From Chiloscyllium plagiosum (taxonomy: Eukaryota), in NCBI RefSeq assembly GCF_004010195.1, contig NC_057755.1, forward strand, positions 9,826,891 to 9,890,890: 64,000 bases of DNA. Reading direction: 5' to 3'. Position 1 is the first letter of the stretch. Each line of letters starts with the position of its first letter. A program made the translations under genes and the position numbers. Under the pieces are notes generated by a model. It worked only from the letters and a program-made list of their open reading frames with translations, was not told where the DNA came from and searched no databases. Shown one piece after another: positions 13,218 through 27,010 of this stretch.

Positions 13218-15081
13218 CCATGGTTGTTGGCATGTTCGCTGGGCTGGGATATTTATTTGCAGACGTTGCTTTGGAGCCTCCTGTGAAGCGCTGCTGTACT
13301 GTGTCTTCTGGAGTTTATTCGGTTCTGTTCTTGCTGCTTCTGGTTGCTGGTTCCAGCTGTTCGTTGTCATGGCCGGTATATTGGGTCCAGGTCGACGTGC
13401 TTGTTGATGGAGTCTGTGGATGAGTGCCATGCCTTGAGAAATTCTCTGGCTGTCCTCTGTTTAGCTTGTCCTATGATCATTGTGTTGTCCCAGTCGAATT
13501 TGTGGTCCTTCTCATCTGTGTGTATGGATGGTGTTTAGTGGCTAGTTGGTGTTCGTGGATACAGCTTGCTAGTTGTCTGCCTGTTTGTCCTATACAGTGT
13601 TTTGTGCGGTCTTTGCATGGAATCTTGTAAATTACGTTAATCTTGCAAGTGATGGATATAGAGTCTTTTGTCTTGTTGAGTTGTTGTCTGAGCGCGGTGG
13701 TCGGTTTATGGGCTCTCATGGTCCTGAATGGTCGGAGAAGTCAGTTCCGAGGCGTTTTTTTATGTAAGGTAGCATGGTTAGTGAGGTGGGTCGTGGCATG
13801 TCCTCGTTGTTTGTCTGTTCAGCATCTACGGATAAAGTTGCGGGGATATTCATTCTCGGTGACGACTCTGTAGAGGTGTTTTCTTTCTCTTTGCAGGTTG
13901 GGGGTGCTGCAGTGTGTTGTAGCCCTCTTCGAGAGTCATAGAGATGTACAGCATGGAAACAGACCCTTCGGTCCAACCCGTCCATGTCGACCAGATATCC
14001 CAACCCAATCTCGTTCCATATCCCTCCAAACCCTTCCTATTCATATACCAATCCAAATGCCTCTTAAATGTTGCAATTGTACCAGCCTCCATCACTTCCT
14101 CTGGCAGCTCATTCCATACACATACCACCTTCTGTGTGTGTTTGAGTGGTTGCTGCTGTAGTTCAGGATCTGCTCCGTGTGTGGCTTTTCTGCACACCTT
14201 TGTGGTGCATTCACCATTCTGTGTTCTTTCTGCCATCACTACTACAACAGCAACCATCCAAACACAGAGAAGAGAGGCTGTTTCAGTGTCCTATTCAAAA
14301 GGGTTACAATGCTGTAGCACTCCCGACCTGCGAAGAGAAGAACACCTCTACAAAGTATTTGCCAAGAACGGATATCCCTGCAACTTCATCTTCTGATGCC
14401 GAAACAGACAGACAACGTGACGAGGACGTGCCACAGCCCAGCACACGAGCCACGCTACCTTATATTAAAAATAAGTCTCTGAACTGACATCCGGACTTCT
14501 CCGATCACTCGGATTCATACCAGCCCTGAAAAGGGCAGTCACACTCAGATAAGAACTCACCAAAACAAAAGACCCTGTGCCCTTCATTTACAAGATAAAT
14601 GCTCTTCAGAAAAGTTCATGCAAACACTGCATGAAACACTACCTGGGGCAAACAGGCAGACAACTAGCAATCCGCATCCATTAAAACCAACCATCACTAA
14701 ACTCCACAACCAGCTGTCCCTAATAGCCATACACACAGATGACAAGGACCAAACGTTCGACTGGACAACACAACAAGCATAGGACAAGCTAAGCAGAGGA
14801 CAGCCAGAGAATTTCTAGAAGCATGGTACTCATCCACAGACTCCATTAACAAGCACATTGACCTAGACCCAATATACCAGCAATGACAACGAACAACCGG
14901 AAATAGCCGGAACGGAACCAAATAAATTCCAGAAGAGACAGTACAGCAGTGCTTCATGGGTCTCCAAAGCACTGACGATGTCGTCAAGACAGGGGACGAA
15001 ACATTTGCAAATCACCTTCCCAGCTCGGCGAATATACTCACAACCACAGCCATCGACACCCAAGCTACAAATCTTTAAGCA
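13218..15081. mobile_element. Inverted pair of Penelope-like element 3' regions (13218-13880 on -, 14243-15081 on +) with a CR1 3' end (13933-14130) between them
   Basis: GIY-YIG-type endonuclease peptide VIYKIPCKD..HCIGQTGRQLASCIHEH; arms are reverse complements; flanking direct repeat aatctta(t/c)acatctc at 13201 and 15082. Confidence 0.85.
14968..15009 (+). ncRNA. Minimal hammerhead-ribozyme-like motif in Penelope terminus
   Basis: gca-CTGACGA-t-gtc...gac-GAAA-catt-tgc: both core boxes, stem II and a 3-bp stem I. Confidence 0.55.
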
Positions 15082-15889
15082 AATCTTACACATCTCAACT
15101 ACGTCCCCCTTCAACCTTCTCTGCTCCAAAAAAAAACAGCCCGAGCTTATTCAGCCCCTCTTTGTAGCTAAAGCTCAAGATCACCTGGCTGAAGCACGTT
15201 GGAAATACTCAGCAGGTTTGACAGCAATTATGGAGAGTGAGACAGAGTGGATGTTTCAGATGAAGAACTTTTCAGAGCCAGTTGAGGAATGAAAAAGACC
15301 AGTGGGTAAGATTTCACTTCGAAATTTTGCTTTACCAGTCAAACAAAACCAACAAGAACGCTGAATTATGATCAAGGTGTTATAAATTACACATTTAAGA
15401 AGCAGATAACCCAGCGTCCACTGCAAGATATATCAAGTTTATGCAATTTGTACGACAGTCTGCTCAGCCTGTCGGACTCATTTCAGCCATAAGTTCAGTC
15501 AATGGTCTGGTTTGATAACTGGTGATTTTCAAGGGTTTTATTTTACAAAAGCAAAATTTCATTACAGTAAAATGTAAAAGGCGAATAAACTAGAGTAATT
15601 AATTTCCAAAATAAATCCCATATGATTGTGGTGATGTGACATTGATGTGTTCTGGTGCAACATGTCGGGCCTGTTGGACACCAATGTGATCCAGAGCGAA
15701 CACAACTGGACTAAGTATTTGCAGCTTTATTAACTTTGGATCCAATTTGAGGAGCTGTAGACATCATTCAACATCAAGGAGGGGGAGAGTTAGCTGGATA
15801 CTTTGTTTCACAGAGCAGTTATATAATTAGATGACATAATTCAAAATTGGCTGATGATCAGCGTCAACAGGGTGTGAATGTAGGTGAGG

Positions 15890-18350
15890 CCATTAGACCA
15901 AAAGACATAGGAGTAGAAGTAAGGCCATTCAGCCCATCGAGTCTACTCCGCCATTCAGTCATGGTGATGGGCATTTCAATGCAACTTACCCACACTATCC
16001 CTGGATCCCTTACTTCCTTGCGAGATTAAGAATTTTTCAATCTCTGCCTTGAAGGCGTTTAATGTCCCGGCCTCCACTGCGCTCCATGGCAATGAATTCC
16101 ACAGGCCCACCACTATCTGGTTGATGAAATGTCTCCTCATTTCCGTTTTAAATTGACCCCCTCTAATTCTAAGGCTGTGCCCACGGATCCTGACGGAAAC
16201 AAATTCCCAGCACCCACCCTTTGTAAGCCATGCATTATCTTGTAAGTTTCTATTAGATCTGCCTTCAACCTTCTAAACTCTAATGAATACAATCCCAGGA
16301 TCCTCAGCCGTTCATTGTATGTTAGGTCTACCATTCCAGGGATCATCCGTGTGAATCTCCGCTGAACATGCTCCAGTGCCAGTGTGTCCTTCCTGAGGTG
16401 TGGGGCCCAAAACTGGACCCACTATTCTAAATGGGGCCTAACCAGAGCTTTATAAAGTCCCAGTTGCACATCGCTGCTTTTACATTCCAACACTCCTGAG
16501 GTAAATGGCAGCATTACATTTGCTTTCTTAATCACGGACTCAACCTGCAAGTCGACCTTGGACTAGCACTCCCAGATCCCTTTGTACTTTGGCTTTAGGA
16601 ATTTTCTCACCATTTAGAAAATAGTCCATGCCTGTCTTCTTTTTTCCAAAGTGCAAGACCCTGCATTTGCTCACGTTAAATTTCATCAGCCATTTCTTCG
16701 ACCACTCTCCTAAACTGTCTGATTCTTTCTGCAGCCTCCCCACCACTTCAGAACTACCGGTCTGTCCACCTAACTTCGTATCATCAGCAAACTTCGCCAG
16801 AATGCCCCCTTGATCCCTATCATTAATATATAACGTGAACAGCTGCGCCCAACACTGAACCCTGCAGGATACCACTTGTCACTAGTTGTCATTCTGATAA
16901 AGAACATTGTATCCTAACTCTCTGCCTTCTGTCAGACAGCCAATCCTCAATCCATGCCAGTAGCTCACCTCGAACACCATGGGCCCTCGCCTTACTCAAC
17001 AGCCTCCTGTGAGGCACCTTATAAAAGGCTCTTTGGAAGTCGAGGTAGATAACATCCACTGAGTTTCCCTGGTCTAACTGGCTTGTTATCTCTTCAAAGA
17101 ATTCGAACAGGTTGGTCAGGCACAACCTCCCCTTATTAAATCCATGCAGACTTGTTATAATCTGACCCTGCACTTCCAAGAATTTAAAAATCTCATCCTT
17201 AACAATGGATTCTGGAATTTTACTGACAACTGAGGTTAGACTATTCGACCTGTAATTTTTTCATCTTTTGTCTTGATTCTTTCTTGAACAAGGGGGTTAC
17301 AACAGTGATTTTCTAATCATCTGGGACTTGCCCTGACTCCAGTGATTTTTGAAAGATTATAACCAACGCCTCCGCTATTTCCTCAGCCACCTCCCTCAGA
17401 ACTCTAGGATATAGCCCATCGGGGTCAGAAGATTTATCAGTTTTTAGACCTTTCAGCATTTCTAACACTTTTTCTCTTTTGTAATGGCTACCATACTCAA
17501 CTCTGCCTCTTGACACTCCTTAATTCTTGGGATATTACTCATGTCTTCCACTGTGAACGCTGACACAAAATATTTATTAAGTTCTTCAGCTATTTCCTTA
17601 TCTCCCATCACTAGCCTTCCTGCATCAATTTGGAGCAACCCAATTTCTGCTTTTGCCCCTCGCTTGTTTCTCATGTATTGAAATAAACTTTTACTACCAC
17701 TTCTAATATTACTGGCTCACTTACCTTCGTAGTTGATCCCATCCTTTCTCATTTCTCTCTTTATTATTTTCTGTTTGTTTTTGTAGTCTTCCCAATCTTC
17801 TGATTTCCAAGTGCTCTTAGACACTTTATAGGCTCTCTCTTTTTCTGTGATACATTTCCTGACTTCCTTTGTCAGCCATGGTTGTCTCCTCTCCCTCCCC
17901 GGATAATCTTTCTTTTCTTTGGGATGAACCTCTGTACTATGTCCTCAATTACACCCAGAAACTCCTGCCATTGTTGCTGTACTGTCTTCCCCACTAGGCT
18001 CTGCTTCCAGTCGATTTTCGTCAGTTCCTCTCTCATGCCCATGTGACTACCTTTATTTAACTGTAACACCATAACATCCGATTTTGCCTTCTCTCTTTCA
18101 AACTGCAGACTGAACTCTACCATATTATCATCGCTGCCTCCTAAGTGTTCTCTTACTTTAAGATCTTTTATAAAGTCTGACTCATTACATAGCACTAATT
18201 CAGAATAGCCCTTTTCCTCATCCATACAGGGAGTAAGAATCTCATACCTGTTGGACAAAGATCAAGGGCTGAGGCTCCTCCGCTCCTTGAGGCACACCTG
18301 AGCACCCTGGGGTTATAATCAAGAAGCCTCGGCCTGTGCAATTATCCAAC
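15890..18350 (-). mobile_element. CR1 LINE, degenerate ORF2 with deletion to an ORF1 remnant
   Basis: DFQRAFYKVPH, KFADDTKL, LEFRRLKADLIE. Confidence 0.88.
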
Positions 18351-18499
18351 AATTGCCTTTGTTGGTCAGAGCATTGACCAAAGGAGTTTGGGACATCATG
18401 TTTCTGCTGTAAGAGACATTGGTGAAGCATTTCTCGAATACTGCGTTCAGTTCTGGTCACCCTACTATTGGAAAGATGTTGTTAAACTAGAAAAGGTTT

Positions 18500-20385
18500 A
18501 AAACAGGTGAGGTGCCAGAGGACTGGAAGGTTGCTCATGTTGTCCCCCTGTCCAAGAAGGGTAGTAGGGATATTCCGGGTAACTACAGACCAGTGAGCCT
18601 GACGTCAGTGGTGGGAAAGTTGCTGGAGAAGGTACTCGGGGATAGGATCTATTTATATTTAGAAAAGAATGGGATTATCAGTGATAGGCAGCATGGTTTT
18701 GTGCTGGGGAGATCGTGCCTTAGCAACTTAGTAGAGTTATTTGAGGAAGTGACCAAGTTGATAGATGAAGGGCTGTTGATGTCGTATACGTGGACTTTAG
18801 TAAGGCGTTTGATAAGGTTCCCCATGGTAAAATAATAGAGAAAGTGAAGTCACATGGTGTGTAGGGCGTTCTAGCTAGGTGGATAAAGAACTGGTTGAGC
18901 AACAGGAGACAGTAGTCGTTGAAAGGAGTTTCTCGAAATGGAGAAAGGTGACCTGTGGTCTTCCGCAGGGGTCAGTACTGGGGCCACTGTTGTTTGTGAT
19001 CTGGAAGAGGGCACTGTTGGTATGATCAGCAAGTTTGCAGATGACACGAAGATTGGTGGAGTAGCAGAAAGCATAAGGGACTGTCAGAGAATACAGGAGA
19101 ACATAAATAGACTGGAGAGTTAGGCGGAAAAGTGGCAGATGGAGTTCAATTCAGACAAGTGTGAGGTGATGCATTTGGGCAAGCCTAATTCTAGAGCAAA
19201 TTATACAATGAACAGAAGAGCCTTGGGAAAAGTTGATGAGCAGAGAAATCTGGGAGTTCAGGTCCATTGTAACCTGAAGGTTGCACAGGTGGATAGAATG
19301 GTCAAGAAGACAATATAGTATGCTTGCTTTCATTGGACGGTGTATTGAGCATAAGATTCTGGATCAGTGGTGCTGGAAGAGCACAGCAATTCAGGCAGCA
19401 TCCGAGGACAGGCAAAATCGATGTTTCGGGCAAAAGCCCTTCATCAGGAACGTCGATTTTGCCTGTCCTCGGATGCTGCCTGAATTGCTGTGCTCTTCCA
19501 GCACCACTGATCCAGAATCTGGTTTCCAGCATCTGCAGTCATTGTTTTTACCTCTTACTATTGAGCATAAGAGCTGACCGGTCATTTTAAAATTGTACAA
19601 AGATATTGGTTTGGCTGCATTTAGAACACTGTGTACAGTTCTGGTTACCAAAAGGATGTGGATGCCTTGGAGAGGGTGCAGAGAAGGTTTACGAGGATGT
19701 TGCCTGGTATGGAAGGTGCTAGCTATGGAGAGAGGTTGAATAGGTTAGGTTGGTTTTCATTAGAAAAAAGGAGATTGAGGGGGGACCTGTTTGAGGTTTA
19801 CAAAATCATGAGGGGTATAGACAGGGTAGATAGAGACAAGCTTTTTCCCAGGGTGAAGAATTCAATAACGAGAGGTCACGTTTTCAAGGTGATTGGTGAA
19901 AAGTTTAAAGGGGATACACACGGCAAGTACTTTACACAGAGGGTGGTGGGTGTTTGGAATGCGTTGCTGGCAGAGGTGGTAGAGGCAGGCACGGTAGATT
20001 CATGACCATTGGTGTTCCACAGGGGTCAGTGCTGGGACCACTGTTGTTTGTGATATACATAAATGATCTGGAAGAGGGCACTATTGATATGACCAGCAAG
20101 TTTGCAGATGACACGAAGATTGGTGGAATAGCAGAAAGCATAAGGGACTGTCAGAGAATACAGGAGAACATAAATAGACTGGGGAGTTAGGCGGAAAAGT
20201 GGCACATGGAGTTCAATCCAGACATGTGAGCTGGACAGATGCATGAGTAGGTGAGGAGCAGAGGGATACAGCTGCTTAGGAATTGGGCGACAGGTTTCGA
20301 CAGTAGATTTGGAGCGGCTCAGGCTTGGAGGGCTGAACGGCTTGTTCCTGGGCTGTAAGTTTTCTTTGTTCTTTGTAGGCAGCAA
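18500..20385 (+). mobile_element. CR1 LINE RT/3' fragments (20001-20225 repeats 18955-19160)
   Basis: NYRPVSLTSVVGK, GVPQGSVLGP, FADDTK, LERVQRRFTRM. Confidence 0.88.
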
Positions 20386-20389
20386 TCTA

Positions 20390-23310
20390 AAGTGAACATA
20401 GGCCCTTTAAAGAACAAGGTTGGGGAAATAATGGGGATTAGGGAATAGCAGGTAAGTTGAGCAAATACTTTGCATTAGTCTTCATAGTAGGAGACATGAA
20501 TAGCATTCCAAAATTTCTAAGTAATCAACAGCCAAAAGAAGGAGAGGAAATAAATACAATAACTAATATTAGAGAAAAAGTGGGAAGGAAACTAATGGGG
20601 CTAAAGGCTGATAAGTCCCATGGAACCTGATAGGATACATTTTAAGATATTGAAAGAAGTCGCAACCGAGATTGTCGATGCACTGGTATTAAGCTTTCAG
20701 GAATCCTTTGATTCTTGGAAAGTCCCAGAGGATTAGAAAGCTGCCACTTCTGTTCAATAAGCAAAGAAGGAAAAAAAAATTGTGGGTCAGTTAGCTTAAT
20801 GTCTGTTATAGGGAAAATGTTAAAACATAAAGGATGTAATATTACAGCATTTAGAAGTGCATATTTGTATAATCAAGCAGGGTGAGTGTGGCTTCTTGCA
20901 AGAGAAATAATGCCTGACTAATTTATTAGAGTTCTTGAACAAGGTAACTAGCAGGAGAGACACAGGGAAGCAGTGGATGCGATGCACTTGGATTTTCAGA
21001 AGGTGTTTAATAAAGTACCACACCTTTGGCTTCTTCATAAATAAGTGTGTTGGAGATAGTACATAGCGTGGAGAGAGGATTGGCTTAATAACGGAAGACA
21101 TAGAGTTGGGGTAAGCAGGGCAGGTCATCTCAGAAAGCAATCTATAAACTACATAAAACATGACAGCGCAGTATAGACCCTTCGGTCCTCGATGTTGCGT
21201 CAACCTGTGGAACCAATCTGAAGCCCATCTATCCTACACGATTCCATTGTTATCCATATGTTTATCCAGTGATCATGTAAATGCCATTGAAATTGGCGAG
21301 TCTACTACTGTTGCAGGCAGTGTGTTCCACGCCCCTACTACTCTGACTAAAGAAACTACCTCTGACGTCTGTCCTATATTTATCACCCTTTAATTTAAAA
21401 CTATGTCCCCTTGTGCTAGCCATCACCATCCAATGGAAAAAAAGGTTTCACTGTCCACCCTATCTAACCCTCTGATTATCTTGTATGTCTCAATTGAGTC
21501 ACCTCTCTACCTTCTCTCTCTATTGAAAACAGCCGCAAGTCCCTCAGCTTTTCTTCATATACCAGGCAACATCCTAGTAAGTCTCCTCTGAACCCTTTCC
21601 AAAGCTTCCACATCCTTCCTATAATGCGGTGACCAGAACTGTATACAATAATCCAAACGCGGTCGCACCTGAGTTTTGTACAGCTGCAGCATGACCTTTT
21701 GGTTCCAAAACTCAATCCCTCTACCAATAAAAGTGAACACACTGTATGCCTTCTTAACAGCCCCATCAACTTGAGTGGCAACTTTCAGAATCTATGCACA
21801 AGGACATCAAGATCTCTCTGCTCATCTACAGTACCAAGAATCTTACCATTAGCCCAGACTCTTATTGCTGTTGCTCTTTCCGAAGAATCACCTCTCACTT
21901 TCCCGCATTAAACTCCATTTGCCACCTCTCAGCCCAGCTCTGCAGCATATCTATGTCCCTCTGTAACCTGCAACATCCTTCTGCACTATCCACAACTCCA
22001 CCGACCCTCGTGATATCCGCAAATTTACTAACACATCCTTCGACGCCCTCATCTGGATCATGTATAAAAATGACAAACAGCAGTGGCCCCAAAACAGATC
22101 CTTGCTGTACACCAGTAGTAACTGAACTCAAGGATGAATATTTCCCATCAACCACCACCCTCTGTCTTCTTTCAGCTAGCCAAGTTCTGAATCAAACCGC
22201 TAAATCACCGTCAATCCTGTGTCTCTGTATTTTGTGCAATAGCTTACCATGGTGAACCTTCTCAAATGCCTTACTGAAATCCAAATACACCACGTCAACC
22301 GCTTTACCCTCATCCACCTATTTGGTCACCATCTCAAAGATCTCAATAAAGTTTGTGAGGCACGACCTACCCTTCACAAAACCTTGTTGACTATTCCTAA
22401 TCAACTTATTTCTCTTTAGGTGATGATTAAATCCTATCTCTTTACCCACAACTGCAGTAAGGCTCACTTGTCTATAATTACCAGGGTTGTCTCTACTCTC
22501 CTTGAACAAGAGGACAACGTTTACTATCCTCCAGTCTTTTGGCACTATTCTTGTAGACAATGAAGACATAAAGATCGAACTAGTGGAGTACCACAAGAAT
22601 CAGTGCTAGCACAACACTCACTTAGAATAAATAGAAATGACTTGAATGAGAAAAGTGAATGTACTCTTCCTGAGTTTGTGAATGGCCTGAAAAAAAAACA
22701 GTTTGGGAGGCCAGCGATGAGGATTTAAAGGATGGATGTGGACAGGTTAAGTGAGTGGGGAAAAAATCTTGGTAGATAGGGAGTAATGTGTGGAAATGTG
22801 AGTTTATACACTTTGGCTGGAAGAATAAATAAGTTGACTATTATTCAAACGGAGAACTGAATATTCAACTGGCATTGGATGCTGTCTATTTGGCTGATAC
22901 CTGGTGTGGAGGGACTGTCTTAAAAAAGTTTGATTGGAATTTAAAAAGTGACCTTATTGAACCATGCAAAATTCGTAGGAAACTTGACAGGGTAGTTAGA
23001 GATAAGTTGCTTCCCCTTGTGGGAGTGTCTAAGACCAGAGATCATAGTCTCTGAATAAATGGTCTCTCACTGAAGAGACAGATAAGGAATTTACTTGCTG
23101 AGGGTATTAAATCTGTGGAATTCGCTACCGCAGAAGGTGGCTGAGGCTCGGTCCTTCAGTGTGTTCAATGCTGAGATCAATTTTTCAGTCAGGGAACAAA
23201 GGTTATTGGGAAAGAGCAAAACAGTGGAGTTGAGGATTATCAGATCAACCATGATCCCATTGAATGGCAGAGGAGCCCTCAAAAGCTAAATGGCCAACTT
23301 ATGCTAAGCC
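20390..23310. mobile_element. Older + strand CR1 interrupted by a - strand CR1 (about 21150-22580)
   Basis: RT motifs on both strands; + strand element resumes near 22577. Confidence 0.75.
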
Positions 23311-24765
23311 TTATGGTTTAAACTTCCTCAGAATTCTAGCTCGCTCCTTGTTCAAGAATTTAGCTGTAATTCCAAGCGGATGGGCGCTCCCAACCATCCT
23401 GAGATGGCCATGGTTTTCACCACGATCGCGACTTCTCCAGAAGCAGCCCAGCTCAGCTCTTCATCGCCCTGATGGCTTGGATCCTCCAGCTACTACTTTT
23501 TCCAAACTCTGGGGACAACCCTGTGCACTGTTTAGTCAGTCAATTACTTTGAAGGCACAGAAAGAGCTGCACTCTGGGATTTATTTCCTGTAGCCCACCT
23601 GCAGTATTTCACACCGTGATCCGAGTTTAGATGCTTCTGCGTCTTTTACAAGGGTCTATCTTTATTTTCCTTGCAATTTTCCCCAAGAGCTCCTTCTCAC
23701 TTTCATTCTCACTACTGTTTATCAAATCGTGTAGTCATACCAGTGACATGACTTTGTATTGTTTTAGACTTTTCATCTTCAGCATAATAACCAAAGATGT
23801 ATACATACGTACTAAATGTATTAATATCAACTAAATATCTGTAAATAAGATACATATGTTAATTTACTACCAGTAAGTCTCCATACTTGCTTCCAAACTG
23901 AGAATTCTAACTACTTTGCAAGAAGCCAATTAACAGGAATGAACAAAACTAAATGAAGTTCAGGATTAAGAGAATCAGATTTTAAGTAACAATGTAAAAG
24001 GAACTTAGTGAAAGAGATTTGTTGTTGAAATGAGACAAGTTGTCGATGGAGAATGTAATCAGTGTAAATGTAGTTTAAAGTCCTTTCTCGGTGAACAATC
24101 TTCAAGCTCACCCTTGACTTTGTGGCAGATATAGGCGGCAAACCAAATACGTACTCACTCAACCCTCGAGCGACAAGTCAAAATACCTAAACAGAATTAG
24201 GTGGTGCCAGGATGACCAGTAGAACGATAAGCTCTGCCCAATCATGGTGGAAATTTGGGCCCCAGTAGCTGCAGCCATCTACCTTCCCCTCCCTTTTAGT
24301 TAGGTCTCCATGACATTGTGGGACCAATCAAAATTGCTGCTTCACCGTGATGGAGAGGGAGTCAGTGATTGGGAGGAGCTGGGGAGAAGCAGGATCACTG
24401 CATGTTCTGTCTGTCTCAAATCCAGGGGCAATCATTCTCTGGTGTTGCCTCCCCATTTCTCCCACCAACCTCCCCCTCCCCCCCCCAAAAAAAAACCCTT
24501 CCATTATTGATTATTTTATTGAGTGTTTGATTGGGACAGTTTTCCCTGGGCAAAGTCACCCACCATCCCTGTATAATTGAAGTACTGGTCTTTTTAATGT
24601 GGTTTCAAGCTGTTTGCTTCCTCAGAAATTTGAAGGTTCACTTTCCCTCTTGTTTAAGGTGTGATTCAAAAGGAAAAAGCTCTGAAACCGGGATTAGTGT
24701 CCCTACCTGAATATTGGACAAGTCATCTGTTCAAGTTGTGGATTGCACACAAGCACGCGCGCGAA

Positions 24766-24768
<3 letters not shown>

Positions 24769-24804
<36 letters not shown>
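24769..24804. repeat. (CA)n microsatellite
   Basis: Directly visible. Confidence 0.95.
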
Positions 24805-24807
<3 letters not shown>

Positions 24808-25286
24808 CAGGGGGAGGCAGAGATGCACAGGCACACACACACAGGTCAAGACACAGGCAGAGATGCGAAGGCAAACACAGACACGAACAGACACACATCA
24901 TACCAAGTGGTGCTTGTTAAACTGTTAAACTGCATGCTGTAAGATTGATGTAAAATCTAGACCAGCAGTACAGTGTCACTCTGCTGGTAAATGAATTCAT
25001 ATAGTCTTTTGTGAATGTGGTTATATATGTCCATCCTTCTGTGGTAGTGACTTGCTGTTAAACTATCGTCTCAGTGTGTGTTGCCTTATTGAGTGTGTTG
25101 CTGTTAGTTGGCGTTATAGTTGCTCCTTGTGCGATATAAAGTTGCATTGTGCATGTCTCCTCCTCGTGTCACGGTGAGTTACTGTTACAGCTGTGCGTGG
25201 GATGTTGCATTGTGGTCTTGTGTAATGGATTTGTCGTGTTAACCTTGTACTTCAGGCTGGTGATAATGTGTGTCAACCTCTTTCAG

Positions 25287-25401
25287 CATCACATGAGGTA
25301 TCAGCACATGCTGAAGAAGAAGTACGTGTGTCCACACCCATCCTGTGGCCGGCTTTTCCGACTTCAGAAGCAGCTGCTACGGCACACAAAGCACCACTCG
25401 G
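25287..25401 (+). CDS. ZFP91: ZFP91-like coding exon, fingers 1-2 (HHMRYQHMLKKKYVCPHPSCGRLFRLQKQLLRHTKHHS)
   Basis: Diagnostic ZFP91 sequence; tttcag acceptor, G|GTATGT donor. Confidence 0.97.
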
Positions 25402-25746
25402 GTATGTACCAGCAATCGCGGGTGGGCACGGAATCAATAGTTGGCTAGTGTGAGGGAGGGGGTGGAGTGTCGTTGCCAAGTGTTAAGGCCTGAGTCTGTA
25501 TGGAACCCTGTTTTGCAGACTGCGAGAGGCTCTGTTTTCAGGTTCATATTCTGGATCCTGCATTATTCAGAAGCTAAGCAACCAAGGCAGAAGTTGCACA
25601 GGTGTCATTGGAATTATACTGAATTATACCACATTCTAACCCATTCGGTCATTTCAGTCCAAGTCAAAATGAACTTAATCAGCAATGAACTCAACGCCAC
25701 AGCCAGTGCGGTAGGATCGTGTTATGTAACTGAACTAGCCAACCAG

Positions 25747-26482
25747 TAGACTAATGATCTCGATAAATCGTGGCTGAAGAAATTTGTTAATTTCAGTTCA
25801 ATAAATAAATTCAGGAGAAAAATCTAGGACCAGTAATGATGACAGTGGATTGAGATAAAAGCACATTTACCTCATTAATGTGAGGGGAGAGTATCTGCTG
25901 TTTTTACTCAGTTGGACTTCCATGTGATTCCAGACCACAGTGGTGTGGTTGCTCTTGGTTGCCCTCTGAAATAGGCCAGCAAGCCACTCAGTTGTACAAT
26001 CCCTGCAGAAGACTACGGCGTCCAACATTAATCTAGGCACTGGTATCAGAACTGAGAAAGGAATGCCTAACCTCAGCGATTCTTTCAAGTTGCCCTCACG
26101 TTCTGGGGGGGTTTTAGACTAATGATCTCGATAAATCGTGGCTGAAGAAATTTGTTAATTTCAGTTCAATAAATAAATTCAGGAGAAAAATCTAGGACCA
26201 GTAATGATGACAGTGGATTGAGATAAAAGCACATTTACCTCATTAATGTGAGGGGAGAGTATCTGCTGTTTTTACTCAGTTGGACTTCAATGTGATTCCA
26301 GACCACAGTGGTGTGGTTGCTCTTGGCTGCCCTCTGAAATAGGCCAGCAAGCCACTCAGTTATACAATCCCTGCAGAAGACTACAGCGCCCAACATTAAT
26401 CTAGGCACTGGTATCAGAACTGAGAAAGGAATGCCTAACCTCAGCGATTCGTTCAAGTTGCCCTCACGTTCTGGGGGGGTTT
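25747..26482. repeat. Near-perfect 368 bp tandem duplication
   Basis: tagactaatgatctcg at 25747 and 26115; only a few substitutions. Confidence 0.95.
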
Positions 26483-26614
26483 TGCGTCAATCTCAGGAGC
26501 TGTTGGTCTGCAGATCAGTAACACCTACTGAGACATGCCTTCCAGCCAAAATCCTTGGCGCCTGCGTCATCCCTGGGAATGTCTTCACTGCAGACCCACG
26601 TAGTCTCATTATTG

Positions 26615-27010
26615 TCAGGAGGCTGAGGGGTGACCTTAGGGAAGTTTATAAAATCATGAGGGGCATGCACATGGTAAACAGACAAGGTCTTTCCCCCTGT
26701 CTTGGGGCAGTCAGCAACTAGAGGGCACAGATTTAAGGTGAGAGGAGAAAGATAGTAAAAGAGACCCAAGGGGTAACTTTTTCACGCAGTGTGGGGTAAG
26801 TGTACGAAATGTGCCGTCAGAGGAAGTGGTGGTGGTTGGTACAATTACAACATTTTCAAGGAATCTGAGTGGGTATATGAAAAGGAAGGATTCAGAGGGA
26901 TATAGGCCAAGTGCTGGCAAATGGGACTAGATTAATTTAGGATATTGGGTTGGCATGGACAGGTTTGACCAAAGGGTCTGTTTCTGTATTGTACAGCACC
27001 ACGACTCTAA
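26615..27010 (+). mobile_element. CR1 3' fragment
   Basis: RRLRGDLREVYKIMRG and CR1 3' UTR/tail. Confidence 0.8.

Noticed and set aside
24661..24942. His/Thr and Val/Cys repeat ORFs
   Set aside because: (CA)n microsatellite
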